Source of the DNA: Candidatus Methanophagales archaeon
GTDB taxonomy: Archaea > Halobacteriota > Syntropharchaeia > Alkanophagales > Methanospirareceae
Reading direction: 5' to 3'
NCBI GenBank assembly: GCA_014859735.1
Contig: JACUTR010000002.1
Location: 1-43,016 of the forward strand
DNA: 43,016 nt
Position numbers and translations under genes: made by a program. Below are positions 17,370 to 25,918 of the stretch, one piece after another; position 1 is the stretch's first letter; every line of letters starts with the position of its first letter. The notes under the pieces are model-generated. The model was not told where the DNA came from, ran no database searches, and saw only the letters and a program-made list of their open reading frames with translations.

Positions 17370-18437
17370 TCAGTTCTCAGTTGAGGAATATACACACACC
17401 CCTAAGATATCACCACTGTTATCGAAGACATAAACGTCAGCTTCCGTTTTTCGTGATAAATCTTCCGCAAGAGTACCGAAGAAAGTTTTCAGCCGCTCAT
17501 AGTCCGCTCTCTTCAGCCGTTCAACGAGCTCGCCAATGCTGCTGAATTCAAAATCGAAATGGTCATGCGCATCAATTCCTAACATATCGCAGATCTTTGC
17601 AGGCATGCAGAATATCACCTTCTTCTTCGCTTTTGACTGCTCTATCGCGTAGCAGACGAAATTACCGGCAACGACTATGTTATCCCCGGGGAAGTTCAGC
17701 TTTTCCACCGCTATCCTCTTGCTCTTCTCTCCCGTGCTGACACCGAGGATGTCATTTTTATCTCTTATAAGAAAGTCAATAACGTGCTCGTAATCGCCAC
17801 CGGTGTATGGTTCGATGAATCCGGTAGCACCGAAGATAGGTATTCCCCCTTCTATTCCCAGCGCTGGAAGAACGGTATTTTTTGCTACCTCCTCTCCTTC
17901 TGGCACGAAAATCTCTATTTCTACCCCTGTTAATACCTCTTTCACATTCTCCTCGATGTTCTTCAAGACGTGTGGGTAGATATCAGGCGCACCGACTTTA
18001 CCGAGCCCTTCCTTTTTTATTATTCCTATGCCCTTCCCCGCCTTTATGGAGAACTCCGGGAAACGCCGTGCCTTTGCGCAGATAAGCATTCCATTGAATG
18101 CGTCACCTTTATAATCGCCGGAATCTACACGAACACACGCAATGCAATCCGCTTCATCAACACGTTCTACTTCCATCACCGCCTTTATGCCGATCGGCGT
18201 TGTAATTTCTACCTCCTTCACTTCTTTCCCCGCAAGCAGAAGCGCAGCAGCCGTTGACGCTGCCACAGCGCATGTCCCGGTTGTATATCCTCGCCTGAGG
18301 ATCTTTCCATCCTCGAGGAGGACCACTCTTCCCCTTTTTATCTCCTCTACCAGTGCATCAAAGTTGATATTATTCCTTTCCAATGCCCGTTTTATAACTT
18401 CTCCGGGATATTCCTTTCCTGAAACGGGATCTTTCAT
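17370..18437 (-). CDS. cbiD: Cobalt-precorrin-5B (C1)-methyltransferase
   Basis: 'LRRGYTTGTCAVAAS' and 'GIPIFGATGFIEPY' are CbiD motifs. Confidence 0.9.
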   Translation of the reverse strand: MKDPVSGKEYPGEVIKRALERNNINFDALVEEIKRGRVVLLEDGKILRRGYTTGTCAVAASTAAALLLAGKEVKEVEITTPIGIKAVMEVERVDEADCIACVRVDSGDYKGDAFNGMLICAKARRFPEFSIKAGKGIGIIKKEGLGKVGAPDIYPHVLKNIEENVKEVLTGVEIEIFVPEGEEVAKNTVLPALGIEGGIPIFGATGFIEPYTGGDYEHVIDFLIRDKNDILGVSTGEKSKRIAVEKLNFPGDNIVVAGNFVCYAIEQSKAKKKVIFCMPAKICDMLGIDAHDHFDFEFSSIGELVERLKRADYERLKTFFGTLAEDLSRKTEADVYVFDNSGDILGVCVYSSTEN

Positions 18438-19852
18438 TTCGTCATTCCCTTGCGCTCTTCCATACCCAAATCTATTATCTCGTTAACAATTGCCACTGCC
18501 GAAGGGGTGCCTCCACGAGCTCCTTTTACCACTATGCAGGGCATACCCGAACTCAATATCTTCCCTTTCACCTCTGCGGCATTGACAAACCCTACGGGAG
18601 TGGCAACAATAAGTGCGGGCTTTATGTCCTGCTCGATAAGTGCCAAAAGCTCCAGACATGCTGATGGCGAGTTCCCAACGACCACGATAGTATCCTGAAT
18701 AAGTTCCTTTGCGAGCCTGATTCCAGCGGCAGTTCTCGTTACATTTTCCTTTTCCACTAACTCCTTTGTTCTTGGGTCATTCACGAAACATTTCACCTTC
18801 TTCCGGTATCTGCCATTAATGCCCGCTTTCACCATTTCAATGTCTGTAATGATGGTTTTCCCCTCTTTTATGCACTCTATCCCCTTTTCTACCGGGTTAT
18901 GAGTGAAGACGAGCAAGTCCAGAAGGGATGGGTCCGCATTAGCAAAAACCACTCTTTCCGCTACTCGTCGTTCGTGCTCGCTGAACGAGCCTGAATGTTT
19001 TGAGACGATATCTTCTACGATTGCCTTGCTCTTCTCCCATATCCTGGTTCCTGCCTCTACATAATCGCTACTTTCGTGGCCCTGGATGACGGTATCCCCT
19101 CCCCTCCTGTCATACTCGTATCTCCTTTCATATCCTCTGCGTGTAACCATTCGCCCATCGAGATTCTCGGTCTTCGAAGAGCCAATGATAATGGTCGTTG
19201 ACATATCGATACGATGATAGAAGTCAGGTAAATCCTCTAACGTGCTAATCTCAATTTCGCATCCTTCCCTTTCTGCATTTCTCACGATGCCAACGACTGT
19301 TCTTCCATCACGGAAGCGCATAAAAAGCTCATACGCCTTCTCCAACTGAACCGTTCTGGTCTTGCTCCTCGGATTGTAGATCACCACAACAATCTCCATC
19401 TTCGCTAACCCTTCCAACTTCTCTTCTATCTCGCTCCACGGCACCAACAGATCACTCAAACTCACAACGGCGAAATCATTCGACAAAGGTGCTCCAAGTA
19501 AGGCAGCCGACACAGAGGCTGCCGTTATGCCCGGGATTATCTCCAGCTCCGCGTCAGTATGAGAAGTTCCAAGAACCTCGATTAGAAGCCCGGCCATACC
19601 ATAGATGCCTGGATCGCCTCCTGAGACAACAACAACATTTTTGCGGCTCCCCAGCTCAACTGCTCTCTTTGCACGTTCAACCTCTGTTCCCATTTTGCCT
19701 GTTATCACTTCCGCACCGGAAGGAATGATCTCTCTTATCAAACCGATGTATCGTTCATTACCCATAATGATGTCAGCGCTTGAAATACGCGCTCTTGCTC
19801 GTTCTGTCAGTAAATCCAAAGAACCCGGTCCTATTCCCACTACCGATAACAT
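18434..19852 (-). CDS. cbiHC: CbiH-CbiC fusion: cobalt-precorrin-3B C17-methyltransferase plus cobalt-precorrin-8 methylmutase
   Basis: The N-terminal half has methylase motifs ('VVGIGPGS', 'VVVVSGGDPGIYGMAG', 'IPGITAA'). The C-terminal half is CbiC-like ('ANADPSLL', 'VVVGNSPSA', 'IVATPVGFVNAAE', 'KGARGGTPSAVA'). Confidence 0.85.
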   Translation of the reverse strand: MLSVVGIGPGSLDLLTERARARISSADIIMGNERYIGLIREIIPSGAEVITGKMGTEVERAKRAVELGSRKNVVVVSGGDPGIYGMAGLLIEVLGTSHTDAELEIIPGITAASVSAALLGAPLSNDFAVVSLSDLLVPWSEIEEKLEGLAKMEIVVVIYNPRSKTRTVQLEKAYELFMRFRDGRTVVGIVRNAEREGCEIEISTLEDLPDFYHRIDMSTTIIIGSSKTENLDGRMVTRRGYERRYEYDRRGGDTVIQGHESSDYVEAGTRIWEKSKAIVEDIVSKHSGSFSEHERRVAERVVFANADPSLLDLLVFTHNPVEKGIECIKEGKTIITDIEMVKAGINGRYRKKVKCFVNDPRTKELVEKENVTRTAAGIRLAKELIQDTIVVVGNSPSACLELLALIEQDIKPALIVATPVGFVNAAEVKGKILSSGMPCIVVKGARGGTPSAVAIVNEIIDLGMEERKGMTK

Positions 19853-19885
19853 ATTTTTTGATAAACCTTTTTTCTAAAAAGTTTT
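19853..19885. promoter_or_regulatory. 31-nt AT-rich palindromic motif (copy 2, on the minus strand) filling the cbiG-C/cbiHC spacer
   Basis: The minus strand reads AAAACTTTTTAGAAAAAAGGTTTATCAAAAAATATG. It starts inside the cbiG-C stop codon and ends at the cbiHC ATG. Confidence 0.5.
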
Positions 19886-20267
19886 AAAACACCACCGCCA
19901 GGGTTATTCTCTTATCAAATGATTCCCTTTTGATGAATTTGAACCCGCCCTTATTCCTCATCGCTCCCAGGATTGCACAAGGTTCAGCAACGCCCTTTAT
20001 ACCAAATACACTGCTCGCTGCGCTTCTCGATTGAACCTCCACACGGTTTATTTCAGCCCGTGAAAAGCAAAGCAACGGGATACCAAGCTTAGCAGAAACC
20101 TCCTGTAACTCCTCAGTTCTTCTGAACTCCACGGTGCATAAACCTTTAACTTCTTCCAGTTCTATTCCCTCTTCTTCTAAGAATATGCGAATCGCTCTCT
20201 CCATCTCCTCCGCCTCAACGCCTCTATGAAATCCAATTCCAATGTAGACATCCTTATCCCTCTTCAT
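19884..20267 (-). CDS. cbiG: CbiG C-terminal domain protein (cobalt-precorrin-5A hydrolase, split form)
   Basis: 'IGIGFHRGV...' and 'GIKGVAEPCAILGA' match the CbiG C-terminal domain. Confidence 0.7.
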   Translation of the reverse strand: MKRDKDVYIGIGFHRGVEAEEMERAIRIFLEEEGIELEEVKGLCTVEFRRTEELQEVSAKLGIPLLCFSRAEINRVEVQSRSAASSVFGIKGVAEPCAILGAMRNKGGFKFIKRESFDKRITLAVVF

Positions 20268-20649
20268 GAAAAGTTGTTATCACCGCCTGGGCGGATAGTC
20301 CCTCTGCAATTATTTGCGCGAATTCATTTGCACCTCTGTGCCCGTTCAGCACCGGAATAACCCATTTTCCGTTCTCATCTATGCAGACCACCCACGGGTC
20401 TTCGGTTTTTTTCTTGGGCTCTATTGCCCTCACCACCACACCAATGGGGAGAACAGCGACGATGTTCTTCTTCGCTCTGAAACTTTCCCGTATCGCCCTA
20501 TAAACGCTTTCCACCTTCTCATCTGCGCTGTTGCACGAGATCTTTTCCGAGCATATCAGCTCTGCATCGAACCCTCGTTCCACAAGATCGCTCTTCACCT
20601 TTTCGGCAATTGCAACTGATTTCTGAGCAAGTGAGAAGATGGCAATCAT
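20254..20649 (-). CDS. cbiG: CbiG N-terminal domain protein (split form)
   Basis: 'PIGVVVRAIEPKKKTEDPWVVCIDENGKWVIPVLNGHRGANEFAQ' matches the CbiG N-terminal domain. It overlaps the C-domain ORF by 14 nt. Confidence 0.7.
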   Translation of the reverse strand: MIAIFSLAQKSVAIAEKVKSDLVERGFDAELICSEKISCNSADEKVESVYRAIRESFRAKKNIVAVLPIGVVVRAIEPKKKTEDPWVVCIDENGKWVIPVLNGHRGANEFAQIIAEGLSAQAVITTFHEEG

Positions 20650-21380
20650 GGCTCATCACCACTATAAAGCCTTGAAAAGCCTGATTTCTCAAGCACATCA
20701 CCCACAATTATCACTGATTGGCTCTTTATACCCGCAGTCCTCACCTTATCGGTTATGTCACCCAGAGTGCCTCTTATTATCTTCTCCTCCCCCCATGACG
20801 CTTTATGAACCACAGCTACGGGTGTCGTGAGGGGATAGCCGACGCGCAGTTCTGAAACCACATCGTCAATGAGATGAACGCCAAGAAAAATGACCATCGT
20901 CGCTCCATGCTTTGAAAGCTCTTTTATACCTTCTCCCGCGGGCTTTCCCGTCTTTCCAAACGGTTTCGTGATTATCAGCGTTTGAGCTATACCTGGTGAG
21001 GTGAATTCTCGTTTTAGGGATGCAGAAGCAGCGGAAAAAGAAGATACACCAGGTACAAGCTCGAATTCGATATTCTTTGAAGCGAGAAACTCCATCTGTT
21101 CTTGAATAGCGGAATAGAAGCTCAAGTCGCCGGAATGAAGCCTCACCACCTTCTTGCCCTCAGTTACAAATCGCTCGAAAATGGCGGAGATTTCTTCTCT
21201 GCTCTTACCATAACTGTCGATCAGTATCGCGTCGTCCCTCGCGTATTTTAAGATATCATTATGGATGAGCGAGCCCGCATATAGTATCACATCGGCACTC
21301 TCTATCTCTCGTTTTCCTCTGAGCGTGAGCATTTCCGGATCGCCCGGCCCCGCGCCAACAAAGACGACGTTCATTTTCAT
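20646..21380 (-). CDS. cbiF: Cobalt-precorrin-4 C11-methyltransferase
   Basis: 'VVFVGAGPGDPEMLT', 'VVRLHSGDLSFYSA' and 'VPGVSSF' are present. The start was set at ATG 21380, because the ORF-track extension to 21449 is a translation of the repeat element. Confidence 0.9.
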   Translation of the reverse strand: MKMNVVFVGAGPGDPEMLTLRGKREIESADVILYAGSLIHNDILKYARDDAILIDSYGKSREEISAIFERFVTEGKKVVRLHSGDLSFYSAIQEQMEFLASKNIEFELVPGVSSFSAASASLKREFTSPGIAQTLIITKPFGKTGKPAGEGIKELSKHGATMVIFLGVHLIDDVVSELRVGYPLTTPVAVVHKASWGEEKIIRGTLGDITDKVRTAGIKSQSVIIVGDVLEKSGFSRLYSGDEP

Positions 21381-21398
21381 AACCACAAGATTACGCAT

Positions 21399-21440
21399 AA
21401 GCCCTTTCAGGGCTTGCGGGGACATGGGGCAGAGCCCCAT
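21399..21440. repeat. GC-rich double-hairpin repeat, copy 2 (AAGCCCTttcAGGGCTT-gcgggga-CATGGGGCagaGCCCCAT)
   Basis: Read directly. Both stems differ from copy 1 by paired (compensatory) changes. Confidence 0.85.
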
Positions 21441-21445
21441 AATTT

Positions 21446-21832
21446 TCACAATATTCTTCTTTTCACCTCCACGCTCTTCTTACCAAAATTTAATAATAAA
21501 CCAATACGCATTTTTGTCGCTTTTAGATAGTTTAATAACTGCGCTTCTTCAATTTCCGTTAAGCCTGCTGTTGCTTTTATCTCTACTATGACTTTATTCT
21601 CGACTATCAAGTCAGGTTTATATTTTCTGGGAATTAACAAGTCTTTGTAACAAATATCGAGTTCTTTTTGCCTCTCAAAAGAAATCTCTCTCAAATTTAG
21701 CTCATAACATAAAGCTTCTTCATAAACATATTCGAGGAAACCAGAGCCTAATTCACGATGGACTTCCATCGCCGCACCTATAATCCCCTGAGTTAAGTCC
21801 TTATAAAGCCACTTTTCATTCGCATTCCCCAT
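21446..21832 (-). CDS. GxxExxY-family protein (PD-(D/E)XK nuclease fold), 128 aa from its own ATG
   Basis: 'GFLEYVY' is the GxxExxY motif and 'PDLIVENKVIVEIKA' is the D..ExK core. The ATG at 21832 is preceded by GAAGGGGGAA. The same frame is also continuous with cbiL. Confidence 0.75.
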   Translation of the reverse strand: MGNANEKWLYKDLTQGIIGAAMEVHRELGSGFLEYVYEEALCYELNLREISFERQKELDICYKDLLIPRKYKPDLIVENKVIVEIKATAGLTEIEEAQLLNYLKATKMRIGLLLNFGKKSVEVKRRIL

Positions 21833-22579
21833 TTCCCCCTTCTGTGTTAATCTTGTGGAATCTCGTGGTTCTGTACCAATATCATCCTTCTTTACGATAA
21901 GAGTGGAGAGGTAATGAGTTGGTTCTTTTAATTCAGTAAGGTTACCCACGACCAGTTTTTGATCCTCGAATCCAACCTTAACACCTAAAATAGCTTTCTT
22001 ATTGCCCAGCATACTTTTAATCGCGTCGGTATTTTTTGGCTTGAGAAAGATCACGGAATCGGAATGTTGTATCACTCGAAGGGCAGTATGGTTTTCTATT
22101 ACATCAGGAATTATAGAAACAATTTCATTCCCTTCTGCGATAGGGACTTTAGCCAGAGCGGAACATGCGGAAAAAGAGGTTACACCAGGTATGATCTCCA
22201 CCTCTTCCACTTCCTCTCCAAAGAAGTCCAGAAATTTGTAGAAGGTGGAGTACAAACTTGGGTCTCCAAGGGTTAGAAATGCGATGGTTTCACACCCTCC
22301 CCTCCTCTCTAATACTTCTCTTTTAGCTTTTTCCCAATAAGATTTCAACTCTTCCTCATTTCTTGTCATCGGAAATAACGGCTCGATTATAAGCGGTTTA
22401 TTCTCTCTTCTCTCCTCTAAAAATTTCTTTATTGTAAGCAATGCTAAGCTGCTTTTACCCTCTCCCGACCTCGGAGCAACTATCATATCCACTTCCTTAA
22501 GTACCTTATACGCTTTCACGGTGAGCAGTTCCGGGTCTCCGGGTCCCACACCTATTCCATACAGCTTGTTGATCCTCAT
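21446..22579 (-). CDS. cbiL: Cobalt-precorrin-2 C20-methyltransferase CbiL (about aa 1-236, 21872-22579) reading through without a stop into the GxxExxY module
   Basis: 'LYGIGVGPGDPELLT', 'LTLGDPSLYST' and 'IPGVTSFSA' are present. There is no in-frame stop between the CbiL domain and 21446. Confidence 0.85.
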   Translation of the reverse strand: MRINKLYGIGVGPGDPELLTVKAYKVLKEVDMIVAPRSGEGKSSLALLTIKKFLEERRENKPLIIEPLFPMTRNEEELKSYWEKAKREVLERRGGCETIAFLTLGDPSLYSTFYKFLDFFGEEVEEVEIIPGVTSFSACSALAKVPIAEGNEIVSIIPDVIENHTALRVIQHSDSVIFLKPKNTDAIKSMLGNKKAILGVKVGFEDQKLVVGNLTELKEPTHYLSTLIVKKDDIGTEPRDSTRLTQKGEMGNANEKWLYKDLTQGIIGAAMEVHRELGSGFLEYVYEEALCYELNLREISFERQKELDICYKDLLIPRKYKPDLIVENKVIVEIKATAGLTEIEEAQLLNYLKATKMRIGLLLNFGKKSVEVKRRIL

Positions 22580-23163
22580 TTTTCTCCGTATATCAGGAAT
22601 ACTGGATAAGAGGGAGAAAGAGCAGTTTTGCCGCCTAAATCTTTACCTTTGTTCAGGCAGATATTGAGAATCTCTGGATAGATACCTCTATCCTTTACTA
22701 TGGTTAGAGCCTCTACTACGGTTTCAAGTCTGACCGCAGCGATAATAATTCTTCCTCCATTTTTCAAGTGCTTGAATGCATTGTCGAACGATTTTTCAAG
22801 GTTATCCGTCCCTCCAAAGAAGATGAGATCAAAACGGTTGTTCAAATCAACATGTTCCATCTCACCAGAGATAAGCTCGATTTTATCATTCAACCCAAAT
22901 CGTTCTATATTCTTTCTCGCAATTTCAAAATTCTCGTCATCCTTCTCCACTGCGGTGACATCGCACCCGAACCTCGCAAATTCAATCGAGACACTTCCTG
23001 AACCGGTACCCACGTCTAAAATCCTTTCGTTCCCTTTTATCCTCGCTTTGGAAACGATAATCGCACGGATTTCTTCTCTCGTTAAGCCTGCTTTCGACCG
23101 CAAGAAGAGGTCGTCGGATATTCCCGGACTTTTATAATCCCATTCTTCTTTCTCTATTGCCAT
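22576..23163 (-). CDS. cbiT: Cobalt-precorrin-6B C15-methyltransferase (decarboxylating)
   Basis: The SAM motif 'ILDVGTGSGSVSIE' is present. Size is 195 aa and the gene sits in the cbi operon. Confidence 0.85.
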   Translation of the reverse strand: MAIEKEEWDYKSPGISDDLFLRSKAGLTREEIRAIIVSKARIKGNERILDVGTGSGSVSIEFARFGCDVTAVEKDDENFEIARKNIERFGLNDKIELISGEMEHVDLNNRFDLIFFGGTDNLEKSFDNAFKHLKNGGRIIIAAVRLETVVEALTIVKDRGIYPEILNICLNKGKDLGGKTALSPSYPVFLIYGEK

Positions 23164-24038
23164 AGATTACCCTTCATTACTTTTAACAGCTCCTCAACGC
23201 TCCGCGGTGGCACTCCGGGGTTTTCACACGCAGCCATCTCGATGCCTTTGTATATCCTCAACACCCTCGGCATGGCAAGCCTGCTCGACTTGATAACCGC
23301 CTCATCACCTAATACATCGTATGGCTTACCCGATTTTACGATTTCCCCCTCCCTCATAACCATCACCTTATCTGCCCACTCATAGACAAGTTCGACATCA
23401 TGGGTCGCTACTAAAACAACCATGTTATCATTCTGTTCGCAGAGGCTATCAATAGTGTTTAGCAAATCTTCTGAACTTTCAGGGTCTAATCCGGAAATAG
23501 GCTCGTCTAAAACTAATATATCGGGTTCCATAGCCAGGACTCCTGCGATAGCCACCTTTTTCTTCTCTCCTTCGCTTAATTCATGGGCCTTCCTATCCCT
23601 CAAGTCCCCAATATTGATCTCGTTTAGTGCTCTCTTCACCCTCTTTTTCACTTCCCCCTCACTCAACCCAAGATTCACCGGACCCAGCGCTACATCCTGG
23701 AACACGATCGGAGCCACAATCTGATCATTAGGATTCTGAAATACGATTCCTACACGCTTTCTCACTTCGGTAAGGGCTTTTTTAGTATAGCTGAGCAAAT
23801 TCCCTAAAATGGTAATATATCCCTTATCAGGTATCAATAGTCCGTTCAAGTGCAGTAATAATGTTGTTTTTCCAGACCCGTTACACCCCACGAGTGCGGT
23901 CTTATCTCCTCTTTTCAGCTCCATATCCACCCCCTTAAGCACCCATTTCTTCTTATCATACGAAAACCATAAGTCCTGAACCTCCACCATTTTCTCAGCA
24001 TCCCTTTTTATATCCTCCCCGTCCTTATATCCGCTCAT
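23154..24038 (-). CDS. cbiO: ECF-type cobalt/nickel transporter ATPase
   Basis: Walker A 'GCNGSGKTT', signature 'LSEGEKKKVAIAG' and Walker B 'ILVLDEP' are present. Confidence 0.9.
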   Translation of the reverse strand: MSGYKDGEDIKRDAEKMVEVQDLWFSYDKKKWVLKGVDMELKRGDKTALVGCNGSGKTTLLLHLNGLLIPDKGYITILGNLLSYTKKALTEVRKRVGIVFQNPNDQIVAPIVFQDVALGPVNLGLSEGEVKKRVKRALNEINIGDLRDRKAHELSEGEKKKVAIAGVLAMEPDILVLDEPISGLDPESSEDLLNTIDSLCEQNDNMVVLVATHDVELVYEWADKVMVMREGEIVKSGKPYDVLGDEAVIKSSRLAMPRVLRIYKGIEMAACENPGVPPRSVEELLKVMKGNLWQ

Positions 24039-24039
24039 A

Positions 24040-24831
24040 TCACACTCCCCCTTCTACTGCCAGAACGAGTAAACACGCATCAAATAGAATCATGAGAATG
24101 AGAGAAGGTGACATAACGTGGACTTTGCTCTCGCTTTCGTCTTCTCTTCCAAACTTCAAAGAAGGCATTTTACCCGCATAACATCGGGCTTCTAAGGCTC
24201 TCTCCATATTTCGTGCTTTCTCAAGTGACCTTACGAGCATAGAGGAAAGAAGAAGGCTCAAAGATTTTATCCTCTTCCCCCTCAAATAACCCAAACGGGC
24301 ATCTTGTGCTATCTTCGTGCTTTCCATCTCATCTATCAGCACAAAAATCAATTTGTATACCATAAAAGAAAGTTCCCCTACTATCTCAGGCATCCTGAAC
24401 TTCCTCATCGTATCCAATATGTCCGCTATTGGCGTGGTCATAATCAGGAAAAAGAGGCATGAAATTCCGGCCATTGACCTCATCATCAGTAGAGCACCTA
24501 ATTCCAAACCTTCTCTCATCATGGTTAAATGCATCCCTATTACGGAAAAGGTAAGCACCGGCTCTGAGCCTCGTAAAAAAGCTAAGACGAATAGAGAAGG
24601 AAGTAAAAAGGTTAAGGGTATCATCAATAGTTTCAAATAGTGTTTGATTCCTACACCACTCCAAATAGTTATGGAGGACATGGTGAAGAGGATGAGAAGC
24701 AATAGAAAGGGCGATTGGGTATAAACAGCAATAAAAAGAGTACAGAGAGAGAAAAATAGCTTCTCCCCGGTTCTTATCTTTACAAGCTTATTTGAAACGG
24801 TGTAGCTCTCCAAGGTGTGATCTAAATGCAT
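24040..24831 (-). CDS. cbiQ: ECF transporter transmembrane (T) component
   Basis: It is polytopic and carries 'ARxxRG'-type coupling helices ('QDARLGYLRGKR'). It lies between cbiN and cbiO. Confidence 0.8.
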   Translation of the reverse strand: MHLDHTLESYTVSNKLVKIRTGEKLFFSLCTLFIAVYTQSPFLLLLILFTMSSITIWSGVGIKHYLKLLMIPLTFLLPSLFVLAFLRGSEPVLTFSVIGMHLTMMREGLELGALLMMRSMAGISCLFFLIMTTPIADILDTMRKFRMPEIVGELSFMVYKLIFVLIDEMESTKIAQDARLGYLRGKRIKSLSLLLSSMLVRSLEKARNMERALEARCYAGKMPSLKFGREDESESKVHVMSPSLILMILFDACLLVLAVEGGV

Positions 24832-24832
24832 C

Positions 24833-25120
24833 TTATTTCTCGCTCTCTTTTCTGCCCTTCAATATGCCGAAATAGTAGCCTATTATGAGCGAGCCGATAG
24901 CTGCTTGAAGAGCAAAGAGGAGAGATTCAATCTCCCCACTCGGCGGCTCCCAGATGGGATTCACCCAGGGCTCGTAGTTTAAACTCTGCTCTATCAGCTC
25001 CATTCCCTGACCATCGGTGCCACCCCACTCGGCTTTTGGAATTGCGGTCGTCAGAGCAAGCAAAGAGAAGAAAGAAATCACAAGCAAGACTGCAAGGATC
25101 GTTGTGGCCTCAAGCTTCAC
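24833..25120 (-). CDS. cbiN: Cobalt transport protein CbiN
   Basis: The 95-aa protein has two TM helices flanking an extracytoplasmic loop. Its start overlaps the end of cbiM. Confidence 0.75.
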   Translation of the reverse strand: MKLEATTILAVLLVISFFSLLALTTAIPKAEWGGTDGQGMELIEQSLNYEPWVNPIWEPPSGEIESLLFALQAAIGSLIIGYYFGILKGRKESEK

Positions 25121-25784
25121 TTACGCTCACCCCCTTCGGTTGCCACATCTCCACCGCCACCCCGTGTTCCTGCAAAAGTTTCAACGCCAATGCCACCGTT
25201 ATGCCCTCGATAATGGCAAGCGGGACCTGTGTGACTGCGAATATGCCAAAGAACGCTTCGAAAGAGAGTAAGATACCTCCTTTTGTCGCCGGAAATGCCG
25301 CCGCGAGCTGCCCGGCAGTAACCACGTAAGTCATCAGGTCAGCAAAGAAAGCCGCTACAAAGCCTGAAGTCAGGAGTCCTGCTTTCATTCTTCTCACTGC
25401 TCTATACGCCAGCCAGCCCACCGCCGGTCCTACTATCCCCATTGAGACTGTATTTGCACCCAGCGTTGTTATCCCTCCGTGTGCTAAGAGCAGTGCCTGG
25501 AAGAGCAACACGATGATGGATAAGAAGGCGGTAATGCTCGGCCCAAACAATACCACTCCCAAGCCCGTTCCCGTTGGGTGAGAGCAACTCCCGGTGACCG
25601 AAGGCAGCTTCAGGGCCGAGAGGACGAAAATGAAAGCCGCAGTGACAGCCAGTAAGGGCATTACGCCCAGCTCCCTTTCCCGCAACTTCTGTGCTCTATA
25701 AATTCCGTACCCCACTATCGGAAGAGCAAGTGCATACCACACCGCAGACCACTCAAGCGGCAAGAAGCCCTCTGCTATATGCAT
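25110..25784 (-). CDS. cbiM: Cobalt/nickel ECF substrate-capture component CbiM
   Basis: The N-terminus 'MHIAEGFLP' carries the metal-liganding Met-His. The start was set at ATG 25784. Confidence 0.9.
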   Translation of the reverse strand: MHIAEGFLPLEWSAVWYALALPIVGYGIYRAQKLRERELGVMPLLAVTAAFIFVLSALKLPSVTGSCSHPTGTGLGVVLFGPSITAFLSIIVLLFQALLLAHGGITTLGANTVSMGIVGPAVGWLAYRAVRRMKAGLLTSGFVAAFFADLMTYVVTAGQLAAAFPATKGGILLSFEAFFGIFAVTQVPLAIIEGITVALALKLLQEHGVAVEMWQPKGVSVSEA

Positions 25785-25820
25785 GCTTGTCACCTCTGTA
25801 CCTTCTATGAGAGCATGCCT

Positions 25821-25828
25821 ATTTAAAT
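25821..25828 (-). promoter_or_regulatory. TATA-like box (TTTAAATA context) upstream of cbiM
   Basis: ATTTAAAT lies 37-44 nt upstream of the cbiM ATG in the only sizeable gap between cobN-like and cbiM. Confidence 0.3.
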
Positions 25829-25918
25829 TTTCACATCTGGGTAACAAATGTTATCCTAATAGTATGCTTGCTGTTCTGGAGGTTGTTCAGGAACCGAAAG
25901 TATGCCCTGCACGTAATC

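Larger units (their letters stand above)
21381..21871. mobile_element. 491-bp TIR-bounded element carrying a GxxExxY-family gene, inserted exactly between cbiL and cbiF
   Basis: The ends are AACCACAAGATTA (21381-21393) and TAATCTTGTGGAATCTCGTGGTT (21848-21870), sharing an 11-bp perfect inverted repeat CCACAAGATTA. The long end consists of two tandem subrepeats of about 11 nt. The same termini occur at 14340-14500. Confidence 0.65.

Noticed and set aside
21381-21449. N-terminal extensions in the ORF track (cbiF to 21449, cbiM to 25847, mobB to 15966, cfbB from 1972, cfbC to 1819, the 846-aa ORF to 42154)
   Set aside because: Family-conserved N-termini begin at internal ATGs (MKMNVVFVGAGPGD, MHIAEGFLP, MKVISIIGEKKSGKT, MNIPRVIIAGD, MRQIAFYGKGG). 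The cbiF extension is simply the translated repeat element.
25785-25918. Cobalamin riboswitch or NikR-type operator upstream of cbiM
   Set aside because: I could not recognise a B12-box or riboswitch-like conserved core, and archaeal cobalamin riboswitches are not established. Only a weak 5-bp inverted repeat (TAACA-AA-TGTTA) and a TATA-like box are present.
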